DNA from: Nemertoderma westbladi
Taxonomy: Eukaryota; Animalia; Xenacoelomorpha
DNA: 64,000 nucleotides
Direction: 5' to 3'
NCBI GenBank assembly: GCA_032718475.1
Contig: JAUCBJ010003179.1
Span: 1-64,000 of the forward strand
Made by a program: the position numbers and the translations under genes. This document shows, piece by piece, positions 37,701-51,551 of this stretch. The notes beneath the pieces were generated by a model. It saw only the letters and a program-made list of their open reading frames with translations, ran no database searches and had not been told where the DNA came from. Each line of letters opens with the position of its first letter. Position 1 is the stretch's first letter.

Positions 37701-40700
37701 GATTCCCGTTTGTTTCTACGGCTATGGATGGTTAGATCGTAGGGCCCCTCTGATTGGTCGGGGTATGTGATTGGGCTGCGCTGATTGGTTGTTACGTCAT
37801 CCGGTAGTGATTCCTTGCGTACTCCATCTACCGGTTGGCTGAGGTATTTCCGCAGTAATTGGTTGTGGTGGTCCCGTAGGGCAGTTTCTGCCTCTAGACT
37901 GGCTGTAGTGTGTCGTTCGGCTCCATTATTTACGAGACTACGAGAGGAAGAAACAATTATTCATGGTAAATAATAGAAAATAAATTACATAATATTTAAT
38001 CAGTTCTTGTGGATAATTCATTTAAAATAATTCATAAAATAATATTTTCATGTCAGTTTATAACTCATTATAGATACTATTTAATAAGTAAATATTTATT
38101 GAATAATATATAATTAGGCCACCCATTATAAAATTAAATAATAAATAATAATTTAAAAAAGGAAATAAAGTAATTGTCGTGCTAAAGAATAAATAATTGT
38201 TTATTACCTTACCATTACTATTTACTCACCCTGCACGGCTGGGTCTACCAATCAAGGGATCAACCATTAACTCCCTCCCAAACTCCTCTCTGTACGCTAG
38301 AGGGCGTTGCAACAATGGCCAGGCCGGCGGTAGCGTGGGAATGTACCGGTAATACGGGAGTCCTAGACTCCCAGTGGAGTCGGCCTCGGGGATAGGGTCG
38401 GTCGGGGACTGGTTGCGATGGAGATGGGGGCTGCCGTACATGGGATGCGTCCAGGGGGGAATGGGGGGCACCTCCATGAAGGGGGAAGGGGGGAACATAA
38501 AGGGATGGTAGGCGAGGTAGGAGGGGGCGAGATATCGGTAGTCTGGTTGGGTGCGGGTACCGAATGGGATACCGAGACTCGGTACGGATGAATCCGGGGA
38601 TCGTTTCTCGGCCGACTCCATCGCGATTGGCGCTGTAGGTTTCCTGTCTATAGGAGACCACAGAACCTTGCTGTCCCGTACAGGAGTGCACGGAGATACC
38701 TTACTGAAGTCAATCGCACCTGGAAAAATATTAATTATTTAAAAACATCTTCATTCTCTCAGATATTGAGATATTTATTGTTATTTTTTCTTAACCAGCC
38801 AGTTTATATCTCGCGATTTTTCATTAGAGTTTTATTAGAAATTGACAATAATTTATTACGTAATTATTTTTTATTAATTAAATTTGCGCTAATTCACTTA
38901 TAAGTCGATGTGTATTATTACTTTTAGTGTTAAAACCAAAACAATAGATTTGAAATGCATTTACTACATGGCTCGTAAAGTAGTACTTTATATGATTCGG
39001 ATTATGCCGAAGGAGAAATGAGGATATAATAATGGGTACAGTTCTGTGGTGCTGCGGAGTGCACAGTACACACACCTTAATGTAAGTAACGGTATTGAGT
39101 TTTTATAGATTTCGATTTTCACAATTTTTATTAACTGAATTGTATTTCAAAGCGAAATCCTCCAACACCGGCCCCGATCCCAACTAACTAATAACAAACA
39201 TGGGTTGGTAAGTCTCATCTTTCGCTCTCACATCAAATCGAATAACAGGCGGAGGTCGTTTCACACAATATTGGGGCCCAGTGGGTTATTCGAGGGTCAT
39301 TCACCAACCTTACCCAGTACTGTATGGCCCCCAGGGAACAGGCCCCACACTGAGATTGAGTTATCAGTGAGCAGAAAAATCTCCCCGTCATTAAAATCTT
39401 CGATAACAAAAGACTGAATCCTTAGCATTGCAAGAAATACATCCCACGAAAGAGCCATTAAGTACAAGAAAGGTCCTTTCTATTAAATGCGAAGTTCGCA
39501 TGCTCCTAAGAACCCGTCTGATTCATATAACAATTTAGAAAGGGCCAGGTGCTTTCATTTGAATAACAATAGGACAGAACGACCTAACTCTATGCCGCCG
39601 GGGTTAGGGCCAAATGAAAGGAAAGTGAAGCAGCTTAGACAGAGTGTTAGGGCCCTCATTAATCCGAGTGCACGTCTTTCACGGAATGAAATTTCTTATT
39701 AAACGGAGGCCCGTTATTGGGGCCAGTCGGTTCAGCTTCTCATTGTGCTATTAAGTCAGGGTTTTCCTGCTATTCACACACAGACTGGCCTCGTAAAATA
39801 AGGGCACATGGGCCTCACATGCGCCGCGATTAATGCGGCATTTACGATCCAATGAATCAACGTCCCCCGTATCAAAAGCAGCTTATTTACGGACACTTTC
39901 GGTATATATCAATATATGTGTACCCAGATTCTTTGCTGCTGAACTAATAAGAGAATTATGTACGAGAAAAAGAAAGTGTTAGACAACTGCAACATAAAAT
40001 AAAATAAAGCGTTCACATATTGGATTCTTAGGCACTTTTGTGAAAAATGTATTAAACATCGCAAGCTGTTTTTATTTAATTATTCTCTACCATTCATTCT
40101 GTAGCAGACAGTAAGTAACCCTCAGGGGTTTGGTTGCTCAGTCTGTATCTCACACAGCGCATTCGCATCTGTTACCTCGGTCGCTAATAAACACTGTTAA
40201 TAATAACCCTTGTCTTTTTACTTTAAACAAATACGACAAAGGAAGAGAAGTACGCGTAGTCACACAATGGTAGCATATTGCAGCAAGAACTTTATAGCAA
40301 TTGTATATAGTCAACAGGTATGTTTAAAGTTCTGTAAGCGTAAAGCTATAGTACTGTTCATTACTATACCAGACTCCTTTATTCATTGAAGATAGGCTAG
40401 GCCATATTTCGATTGCTATTATTTTGTTGGTTGGTCAGCCAAACAATCAAGCTAAAAGTTATGACGTACCGAACACTACTGCACTACTCAAACAGCTATA
40501 ATTACCAAACTAATTTGGAGGCATTCACTTTGACGTTTGAGTGCAATCTCACTTATCACCTCATACACAGGTTGACCCTCCATTCGGTTAACACTACACA
40601 TTCAATACACAGTCCTCCTCCGCTCTAATATCTAATCAAATAATATTGGTATTGAATGGGGGCGTCCAGGGTTGTTTCCATTATTGTCGCTCTATATGGC

Positions 40701-43700
40701 GTGCTTCAAGAAATATCACATTGACATCGATCAACTCATATGCACGTACATTATAAGCACTATGCGCTATGTTTAGCCTCTGCTAACTTTGTACCTTAAC
40801 AATGTCGCCTCTACGCTTCGAAATAAACATCACACTTCGCAGTACTACAAATATAACTCAAAATATTATATTCTGCACTTAACGTAGAAGCCTATTAGAC
40901 GTTATATAACAGATTCATTAAATATCTAATACTACTACTAATGGCGTGCTGCATTGCAACTGCATTATATATATTACATATATATTTAGAATAATGTTGT
41001 CGACAAAATTACGCCACCACAACTCCCTATCACCAATGACATTTGCTACACCTTCCGCATCTTCAAGGCCAGTGTCCTTTAAGGGCCGTCTTAAGAAAGT
41101 CATATGCGGCTCCGTTCAATTGTCAAACTAGAGGAGACTAATGAAATACCTCCAATGTTGTATGGAGTCTGATTATTGTATTTGACACGATGAACCCGAC
41201 GTAACATTCTTGTATAAGTGCCATAAATTGAGTAAAACAATTGATAAATTGTTTTACTAAAATAATTCATCCGGACACCTTATTGTTTCAAAACAATGAA
41301 CTCACCCAATCAACTTATTGTGTCACTACAATGAACTCATCCAAACAACTCATCCAAACAACTTATTGTATCACTACAATGAACTCACCCAAACAACTTA
41401 TTGTGTCACTACAATGAACTCACCCAAACAACTTATTGTGTCACTACAATGAACTCACCCAAACAACTTATTGTGTGACTACAATGAACTCACCCAAACA
41501 ACTTATTGTGTCACTACAATGAACTCACCCAAACAACGTATTGTGTCACTACAATGAACTCACCCAATCAACTTATTGTGTCACTACAATGAACTCACCC
41601 AAACAACGTATTGTGTCACTACAATGAACTCACCCAATCAACTTATTGTGTCACTACAATGAACTCACCCAATCAACTTATTGTGTCACTACAATGAACT
41701 CACCCAAACAACTTATTGTGTCACTACAATGAACTCACCCAAACAACGTATTGTGTCACTACAATGAACTCACCCAAACAACTTATTGTGTCACTACAAT
41801 GAACTCACACAAACAACTTATTGTGTCACTACAATGAACTCACCCAAACAACTTATTGTGTCACTACAATGAACTCACCCAAACAACTTATTGTGTCACT
41901 ACAATGAACTCACCCAAACAACGTATTGTGTCACTACAATGAACTCACCCAATCAACTTATTGTGTCACTACAATGAACTCACCCAAACAACGTATTGTG
42001 TCACTACAATGAACTCACCCAATCAACTTATTGTGTCACTACAATGAACTCACCCAATCAACTTATCGTGTCACTACAATGAACTCACCCAAACAACTTA
42101 TTGTGTCACTACAATGAACTCACCCAAACAACGTATTGTGTCACTACAATGAACTCACCCAAACAACTTATTGTGTCACTACAATGAACTCACACAAACA
42201 ACTTATTGTGTCACTACAATGAACTCACCCAAACAACGTATTGTGTCACTACAATGAACTCACCCAATCAACTTATTGTGTCACTACAATGAACTCACCC
42301 AAACAACGTATTGTGTCACTACAATGAACTCACCCAAACAACTTATTGTGTCACTACAATGAACTCACCCAAACAACTTATTGTGTCACTACAATGAACT
42401 CACCCAAACAACTTATTGTGTCACTACAATGAACTCACCCAAACAACTTATTGTGTCACTACAATGAACTCACCCAATAAACTTATTGTGTCACTACAAT
42501 GAACTCACCCAAACAACTTATTGTGTCACTACAATGAACTCACCCAATCAACTTATTGTGTCACTACAATGAACTCACCCAAACAACTTATTGTGTCACT
42601 ACAATGAACTCACCCAAACAACTTATTGTGTCACTACAATGAACTCACCCAAACAACTTATTGTGTCACTACAATGAACTCACCCAATCAACTTATTGTG
42701 TCACTACAATGAACTCACCCAATCAACTTATTGTGTCACTACAATGAACTCACCCAAACAACTTATTGTGTCACTACAATGAATTCACCCAATCAACTTA
42801 TTGTGTCACTACAATGAACTCACCCAAACAACTTATTGTGTCACTACAATGAACTCACCCAAACAACTTATTGTGTCACTACAATTAACTCTCCCAATCA
42901 ACTTATTGTGTCACTACAATGAACTCACCCAAACAACTTATTGTGTCACTACAATGAACTCACCCAAACAACTTATTGTGTCACTACAGTGAACTCACCC
43001 AAACAATTTATTGTGTCACTACAATGAACTCACCCAATCAACTTATTGTGTCACTACAATGAACTCACCCAAACAACTTATTGTGTCACTACAATGAACT
43101 CACCCAATCAACTTATTGTGTCACTACTATGAACTCACCCAATCAACTTATTGTGTCACTACAATGAACTCACCCAAACAACATATTGTGTCACTACAAT
43201 GAACTTACCCAAACAACTTATTGTATCACTACAATGAACTCACCCAAACAACTTATTGTGTCACTACAATGAACTCACCCAAACAACTTATTGTGTCACT
43301 ACAATGAACTCACCCAAACAACTTATTGTGTGACTACAATGAACTCACCCAAACAACTTATTGTGTCACTACAATGAACTCACCCAAACAACGTATTGTG
43401 TCACTACAATGAACTCACCCAATCAACTTATTGTGTCACTACAATGAACTCACCCAAACAACGTATTGTGTCAGTACAATGAACTCACCCAATCAATTTA
43501 TTGTGTCACTACAATGAACTCACCCAATCAACTTATTGTGTCACTACAATGAACTCACCCAAACAACTTATTGTGTCACTACAATGAACTCACCCAAACA
43601 ACGTATTGTGTCACTACAATGAACTCACCCAAACAACTTATTGTGTCACTACAATGAACTCACACAAACAACTTATTGTGTCACTACAATGAACTCACCC

Positions 43701-46700
43701 AAACAACGTATTGTGTCACTACAATGAACTCACCCAAACAACTTATTGTGTCACTACAATGAACTCATCCGAACACCTTATTGTTTCAATACAGTGAACT
43801 CACCCTATCAACTCATTGTGTCACTACAATGAACTCACCCAAACAACTTATTGTGTCACTACAATGAACTCACCCAAACAACTTATTGTGTCACTACAAT
43901 GAACTCACCCAAACAACGTATTGTGTCACTACAATGAACTCACCCAATCAACTTATTGTGTCACTACAATGAACTCACCCAAACAACGTATTGTGTCACT
44001 ACAATGAACTCACCCAATCAACTTATTGTGTCACTACAATGAACTCACCCAATCAACTTATCGTGTCACTACAATGAACTCACCCAAACAACTTATTGTG
44101 TCACTACAATGAACTCACCCAAACAACGTATTGTGTCACTACAATGAACTCACCCAAACAACTTATTGTGTCACTACAATGAACTCACACAAACAACTTA
44201 TTGTGTCACTACAATGAACTCACCCAAACAACGTATTGTGTCACTACAATGAACTCACCCAATCAACTTATTGTGTCACTACAATGAACTCACCCAAACA
44301 ACGTATTGTGTCACTACAATGAACTCACCCAAACAACTTATTGTGTCACTACAATGAACTCACCCAAACAACTTATTGTGTCACTACAATGAACTCACCC
44401 AAACAACTTATTGTGTCACTACAATGAACTCACCCAAACAACTTATTGTGTCACTACAATGAACTCACCCAATAAACTTATTGTGTCACTACAATGAACT
44501 CACCCAAACAACTTATTGTGTCACTACAATGAACTCACCCAATCAACTTATTGTGTCACTACAATGAACTCACCCAAACAACTTATTGTGTCACTACAAT
44601 GAACTCACCCAAACAACTTATTGTGTCACTACAATGAACTCACCCAAACAACTTATTGTGTCACTACAATGAACTCACCCAATCAACTTATTGTGTCACT
44701 ACAATGAACTCACCCAATCAACTTATTGTGTCACTACAATGAACTCACCCAAACAACTTATTGTGTCACTACAATGAATTCACCCAATCAACTTATTGTG
44801 TCACTACAATGAACTCACCCAAACAACTTATTGTGTCACTACAATGAACTCACCCAAACAACTTATTGTGTCACTACAATTAACTCTCCCAATCAACTTA
44901 TTGTGTCACTACAATGAACTCACCCAAACAACTTATTGTGTCACTACAATGAACTCACCCAAACAACTTATTGTGTCACTACAGTGAACTCACCCAAACA
45001 ATTTATTGTGTCACTACAATGAACTCACCCAATCAACTTATTGTGTCACTACAATGAACTCACCCAAACAACTTATTGTGTCACTACAATGAACTCACCC
45101 AATCAACTTATTGTGTCACTACTATGAACTCACCCAATCAACTTATTGTGTCACTACAATGAACTCACCCAAACAACTTATTGTGTCACTACAATGAACT
45201 CACCCAAACAACTTATTGTGTCACTACAATTAACTCTCCCAATCAACTTATTGTGTCACTACAATGAACTCACCCAAACAACTTATTGTGTCACTACAAT
45301 GAACTCACCCAAACAACTTATTGTGTCACTACAGTGAACTCACCCAAACAATTTATTGTGTCACTACAATGAACTCACCCAATCAACTTATTGTGTCACT
45401 ACAATGAACTCACCCAAACAACTTATTGTGTCACTACAATGAACTCACCCAATCAACTTATTGTGTCACTACTATGAACTCACCCAATCAACTTATTGTG
45501 TCACTACAATGAACTCACCCAAACAACATATTGTGTCACTACAATGAACTTACCCAAACAACTTATTGTATCACTACAATGAACTCACCCAAACAACTTA
45601 TTGTGTCACTACAGTGAACTCACCCAAACAATTTATTGTGTCACTACAATGAACTCACCCAATCAACTTATTGTGTCACTACAATGAACTCACCCAAACA
45701 ACTTATTGTGTCACTACAATGAACTCACCCAATCAACTTATTGTGTCACTACAATGAACTCACCCAATCAACTTATTGTGTCACTACAATGAACTCACCC
45801 AATCAACTTATTGTGTCACTACTATGAACTCACCCAATCAACTTATTGTGTCACTACAATGAACTCACCCAATCAACTTATTGTGTCACTACAATGAACT
45901 CACCCAATCAACTTATTGTGTCACTACTATGAACTCACCCAATCAACTTATTGTGTCACTACAATGAACTCACCCAATCAACTTATTGTGTCACTACTAT
46001 GAACTCACCCAATCAACTTATTGTGTCACTACAATGAACTCACCCAATCAACTTATTGTGTCACTACAATGAACTCACCCAAACAACTTATTGTGTCACT
46101 ACAATGAACTCACCCAATCAACTTATTGTGTCACTACTATGAACTCACCCAATCAACTTATTGTGTCACTACAATGAACTCACCCAAACAACATATTGTG
46201 TCACTACAATGAACTTACCCAAACAACTTATTGTGTCACTACAATGAACTCACCCAATCAACTTATTGTGTCACTACTATGAACTCACCCAATCAACTTA
46301 TTGTGTCACTACAATGAACTCACCCAATCAACTTATTGTGTCACTACTATGAACTCACCCAATCAACTTATTGTGTCACTACAATGAACTCACCCAAACA
46401 ACATATTGTGTCACTACAATGAACTTACCCAAACAACTTATTGTGTCACTACAATGAACTCACCCAATCAACTTATTGTGTCACTACTATGAACTCACCC
46501 AATCAACTTATTGTGTCACTACAATGAACTCACCCAATCAACTTATTGTGTCACTACAATGAACTCACCCAATCAACTTATTGTGTCACTACTATGAACT
46601 CACCCAATCAACTTATTGTGTCACTACAATGAACTCACCCAATCAACTTATTGTGTCACTACTATGAACTCACCCAATCAACTTATTGTGTCACTACAAT

Positions 46701-48943
46701 GAACTCACCCAATCAACTTATTGTGTCACTACAATGAACTCACCCAATCAACTTATTGTGTCACTACTATGAACTCACCCAATCAACTTATTGTGTCACT
46801 ACAATGAACTCACCCAAACAACATATTGTGTCACTACAATGAACTTACCCAAACAACTTATTGTATCACTACAATGAACTCACCCAAACAACTTATTGTG
46901 TCACTACAGTGAACTCACCCAAACAATTTATTGTGTCACTACAATGAACTCACCCAATCAACTTATTGTGTCACTACAATGAACTCACCCAAACAACTTA
47001 TTGTGTCACTACAATGAACTCACCCAATCAACTTATTGTGTCACTACAATGAACTCACCCAATCAACTTATTGTGTCACTACAATGAACTCACCCAATCA
47101 ACTTATTGTGTCACTACTATGAACTCACCCAATCAACTTATTGTGTCACTACAATGAACTCACCCAATCAACTTATTGTGTCACTACAATGAACTCACCC
47201 AATCAACTTATTGTGTCACTACTATGAACTCACCCAATCAACTTATTGTGTCACTACAATGAACTCACCCAATCAACTTATTGTGTCACTACTATGAACT
47301 CACCCAATCAACTTATTGTGTCACTACAATGAACTCACCCAATCAACTTATTGTGTCACTACAATGAACTCACCCAAACAACTTATTGTGTCACTACAAT
47401 GAACTCACCCAATCAACTTATTGTGTCACTACTATGAACTCACCCAATCAACTTATTGTGTCACTACAATGAACTCACCCAAACAACATATTGTGTCACT
47501 ACAATGAACTTACCCAAACAACTTATTGTGTCACTACAATGAACTCACCCAATCAACTTATTGTGTCACTACTATGAACTCACCCAATCAACTTATTGTG
47601 TCACTACAATGAACTCACCCAATCAACTTATTGTGTCACTACTATGAACTCACCCAATCAACTTATTGTGTCACTACAATGAACTCACCCAAACAACATA
47701 TTGTGTCACTACAATGAACTTACCCAAACAACTTATTGTGTCACTACAATGAACTCACCCAATCAACTTATTGTGTCACTACTATGAACTCACCCAATCA
47801 ACTTATTGTGTCACTACAATGAACTCACCCAATCAACTTATTGTGTCACTACTATGAACTCACCCAATCAACTTATTGTGTCACTACTATGAACTCACCC
47901 AATCAACTTATTGTGTCACTACAATGAACTCACCCAATCAACTTATTGTGTCACTACTATGAACTCACCCAATCAACTTATTGTGTCACTACAATAAACT
48001 CACCCAAACAACTTATTGTGTCACTACAATGAACTCACCCAATCAACTTATTGTGTCACTACTATGAACTCACCCAATCAACTTATTGTGTCACTACTAT
48101 GAACTCACCCAATCAACTTATTGTGTCACTACAATGAACTCACCCAATCAACTTATTGTGTCACTACTATGAACTCACCCAATCAACTTATTGTGTCACT
48201 ACAATGAACTCACCCAAACAACTTATTGTGTCACTACAATGAACTCACCCAATCAACTTATTGTGTCACTACTATGAACTCACCCAATCAACTTATTGTG
48301 TCACTACAATGAACTCACCCAAACAACTTATTGTGTCACTACAATGAACTCACCCAAACAACTTATTGTGTCACTACAATGAATTCACCCAAACAACATA
48401 TTGTGTCACTACAATGAACTTACCCAAACAACTTATTGTATCACTACAATGAACTCACCCAAACAACTTATTGTGTCACTACAATGAACTCACCCAAACA
48501 ACTTATTGTGTCACTACAATGAACTCACCCAAACAACTTATTGTGTCACTACAATGAACTCACCTGAACGACTTATTGTGTCACTACAATGAACTCACCC
48601 AATCAACTTATTGTGTCACTACAATGAACTCATCCAAACAACTTATTGTATCACTACAATGAACTCACCCAAACAACTTATTGTGTCACTACAATGAACT
48701 CACCTAATCAACTTATTGTGTCACTACAATGAAACTCACCCAATCAGCTCATTGTGTCAACTCAATAAACCTACCTGAACTATGTCTACTTTTGTTATCC
48801 GACGCAACGCTTTTGGTAGATAGAACATCTACATCAGCATCTACAGTCAAGTCGGGGTATATGTGTCCTTGTTGCCTTAGCAACATGTCCCGATTGATCC
48901 GATGAACGTCTCTATCCTCTCCTACGAGGAACGATCCAGGCAT
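34775..48943 (-). CDS. SNAG-like/C2H2 zinc-finger transcription factor, Fez/Gfi-related, 8 fingers
   Basis: Coding exons 48943-48775, 38719-38230, 37937-37387, 37261-37074, 36418-36276, 35905-35784, 35439-35272 and 34968-34775; all GT-AG and phase-compatible. Fingers run from [23 protein letters not shown] to [24 protein letters not shown]; ends PYTDGSIL*. Start MPGSFLV; PYDLT motif. Join of the first exon across the 10-kb intron is inferred. Confidence 0.9.
40925..41225 (-). mobile_element. RTE LINE 3' fragment (same family as 25143-27205)
   Basis: [35 protein letters not shown] matches the C-terminus of the larger copy; (TAG)n tail. Confidence 0.9.
41270..48774. repeat. 35-bp satellite array, ~7.5 kb, intronic
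   Basis: Unit TTATTGTGTCACTACAATGAACTCACCCAA(A/T)CAAC, ~210 highly homogeneous copies, with higher-order duplications. Confidence 0.98.
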
Positions 48944-50162
48944 CCTGAAATACATTTATGACCTTATATAATAAAATAATATATTGGTTTGTGACCGAAG
49001 GTGAAGTCGGATCACAACGCGGGTATTACTGAGAAGAATTTCATAGCTCGATTATTCTGTTATAATATATAATTAAATTAATAAATACAATTTTCAACGT
49101 TTCAACTGCAATACATTAGCCATCATCAGGGATAATTAAACACAAAAAAGCAAAGTTTAACGTGAGATAGTAAAGTATTTATTAAATTATTACATTCCAT
49201 TGTTTCTACTTTTATTTGCTACTTATTATTAAATTGCAAAGGCCTTCAAAATTAAATAGACAGGTTTTGTCTCTAGGAAATTACTATGTTTTATATCTAT
49301 AAAAACAAAAAATGTTAAAACTTAAAAGAATCAAACACGTAATGTCAATGATAATTCAACCCTGACGTGTAAATTAGGCAATTCATGTGAGACATGGCCA
49401 TGGATGAAATGCTAATTGTAAATATATTAAAGATTTTGTTTATCTTTCAAAATATTTTAAATACGGTAAAATATAGAGATATATAATAATTATTAAATAT
49501 ACTAGAAAAGTTCAAACACTACTACAACATTTTTGGGGCGGGGGGGGGGGGGGGGGGTGGGGTTAAATTAAAATATTAATTATAGAAACATCAGGTCGTC
49601 AAATAATATATTTTTTCACGAAAAACACTTACCAATGTTAAGCAGGACTCTAAACAAAGATACAAATTATAATACACAAATAATTGAGATTGATCTTGCA
49701 ATTGAACCAAATTATCATATTAAACTAGAGTCAATGATCTTTAAGTATAAGTGATGTACAATTTGGTACGTGCTCGTAACCTGCTTAATTTTTGGACACA
49801 TTTTACCTAAAAATATATATCTATCTGGCATAGGAACCGATTGTTGATATGTTGTTATGCAACCTATTATATAATATATTACGTAAGAAAGTCTAGGGGT
49901 TGCAATAAATACAAACCAATTATTAGCTTACCTGTTGAATATATGGGATGTGAGTGTTTTGGCAAATTGGCCAAAGCTGTAGATAACAGTATAGAAAATG
50001 CAATAAGAAAGGTTAAAAGGGGCGTTTCCCTTTCAGTTAAACTATTATAACTGAGAAAAGACAGGCTAAGTAGGTTAGAAAAAAAATCGAATTCAACTAT
50101 TTTAAATGTTAGAACACAAGCGACGGGAGAAATTAAGTATAAAAATGAAAAGTTCAACTTAC

Positions 50163-50650
50163 CATTCACTATTTCTATGCCTATCCTCTGCACAACAACT
50201 CAACTCTTCTCCTATTGGCTATTCGAACCGGCTTCAGAGAGGCACCAACGTATCCGAGAGAAGTGCTTGTCCCCCAGTCATCCTAACAATAGATTGGTCG
50301 TCGTGTGTTAAGGAAGCGACTGAGGCGCTCGCCGGTTGGTTGGCCAAGGCGCGTGGGTAGCAATCAACAGCCATCTACCCTACTATGGATTCTATTGGGC
50401 AGCATGCATTGGCCTTGGTATGCAGGAGTTATGGCCCCATCCCATGTGGACATTGTAGGTGGAAAGAAGTGAAGATTCTTCGGGTGATATCCCTTTTGGG
50501 ATGAGTCGCATTCCATTGTGGGGCCCTTCTCCAAACCTCTGAGGAAGGTGCAGCTAAAAGAATGCATCTTCCTATTGTTGCTTTGCATTCCTCAGGTCTA
50601 GTCTATCAAAATTCCGCCCCTCGAAGTTCTTTCATCTAGTGCTGGGGATT
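50163..50650 (-). other. Candidate 5' UTR exon/promoter-proximal region of the zinc-finger gene
   Basis: GC-richer island with several CCAAT/ATTGG motifs ending in donor TG|GTAAGT at 50162; could splice to the acceptor at 48945; in-frame TAG upstream; 5' limit uncertain. Confidence 0.4.
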
Positions 50651-51129
50651 ACCTCTTAAACAATAGAATCGCAGAATTCAGCTTCCTCTAATGTCTAGAT
50701 TTCTTTTCTGATCGGAATTTCTATAAACTTGACCGCGTGTTTATAACTTTGATGATGGGAGTGCTTTGATGAGTGCGAGCACTACAAATACATTCCTTGA
50801 CCTCGGTGTTAAGCTGTAATTCTAAATATTCGCTTCGTATCATCCATCTGCGATCACTCTACATTCATATATGCGGTGGAATTGCAGATGCATTCACTGG
50901 TGTGTGCGTTATATATAATTCTCGAACAGAAGTCAACGGTCTATACATTATCTTATGGTCACCATTAATTATTTCATTGATTTGAGTGGACATTTCGATA
51001 CATTATATTTGAATATTTTGGATGTGCAGATGTCAAACGATTTTAATTTGAAGAGTGACTGCATCTTATATCGCAGTACCTCTACAAGTACAAAGATATT
51101 GATGGAAGTTTGCAAATTAAACTAAGTTG

Positions 51130-51551
51130 AACGGGTTGGGTGCAATCTTCGCCCGCGTACAACCCTTGCCCGCGTCCAATCTTCGCCCGGGTCCAATCTT
51201 CGCCCGCGTCCAACCTTCGCCCGTGGGAAACCTTCGCCCGCGAGCAACCTTCGCCCAATAAATTTGTGTTAGTAACCATTTCAGTAGCAATTGAGGGAAA
51301 TAGCAGGTTACAGAGACGGGTTTTTCTAACCAAAACAATAAAGATGTTGTTACCAATTGAGGGAAAGGAGCAGATTACAGAGACGGCTTTTTTTAACCAA
51401 AACAAAATAATTCTTTATTGGGCGAAGGTTGCTCGCAGGCGAAGATTGTCTGCGGGCGAAGGATTCCGCCGGGCGATAGTTGCTCATTTTAAGGGCGAAG
51501 ATTGCTCCGGGCGAAGATTGGACGCGGGCGAAGTTTGTTACCATTGAACGC
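51130..51551. mobile_element. Small MITE with inverted subterminal CTTCGCCCG repeats
   Basis: (CAATCTTCGCCCGCG)-type repeats on the left, (CGGGCGAAGATTG)-type on the right. Confidence 0.75.

Noticed and set aside
41270-48774. CRISPR-like array (28-38 bp repeats)
   Set aside because: Units are head-to-tail with no unique spacers, there are no cas genes, and the context is eukaryotic
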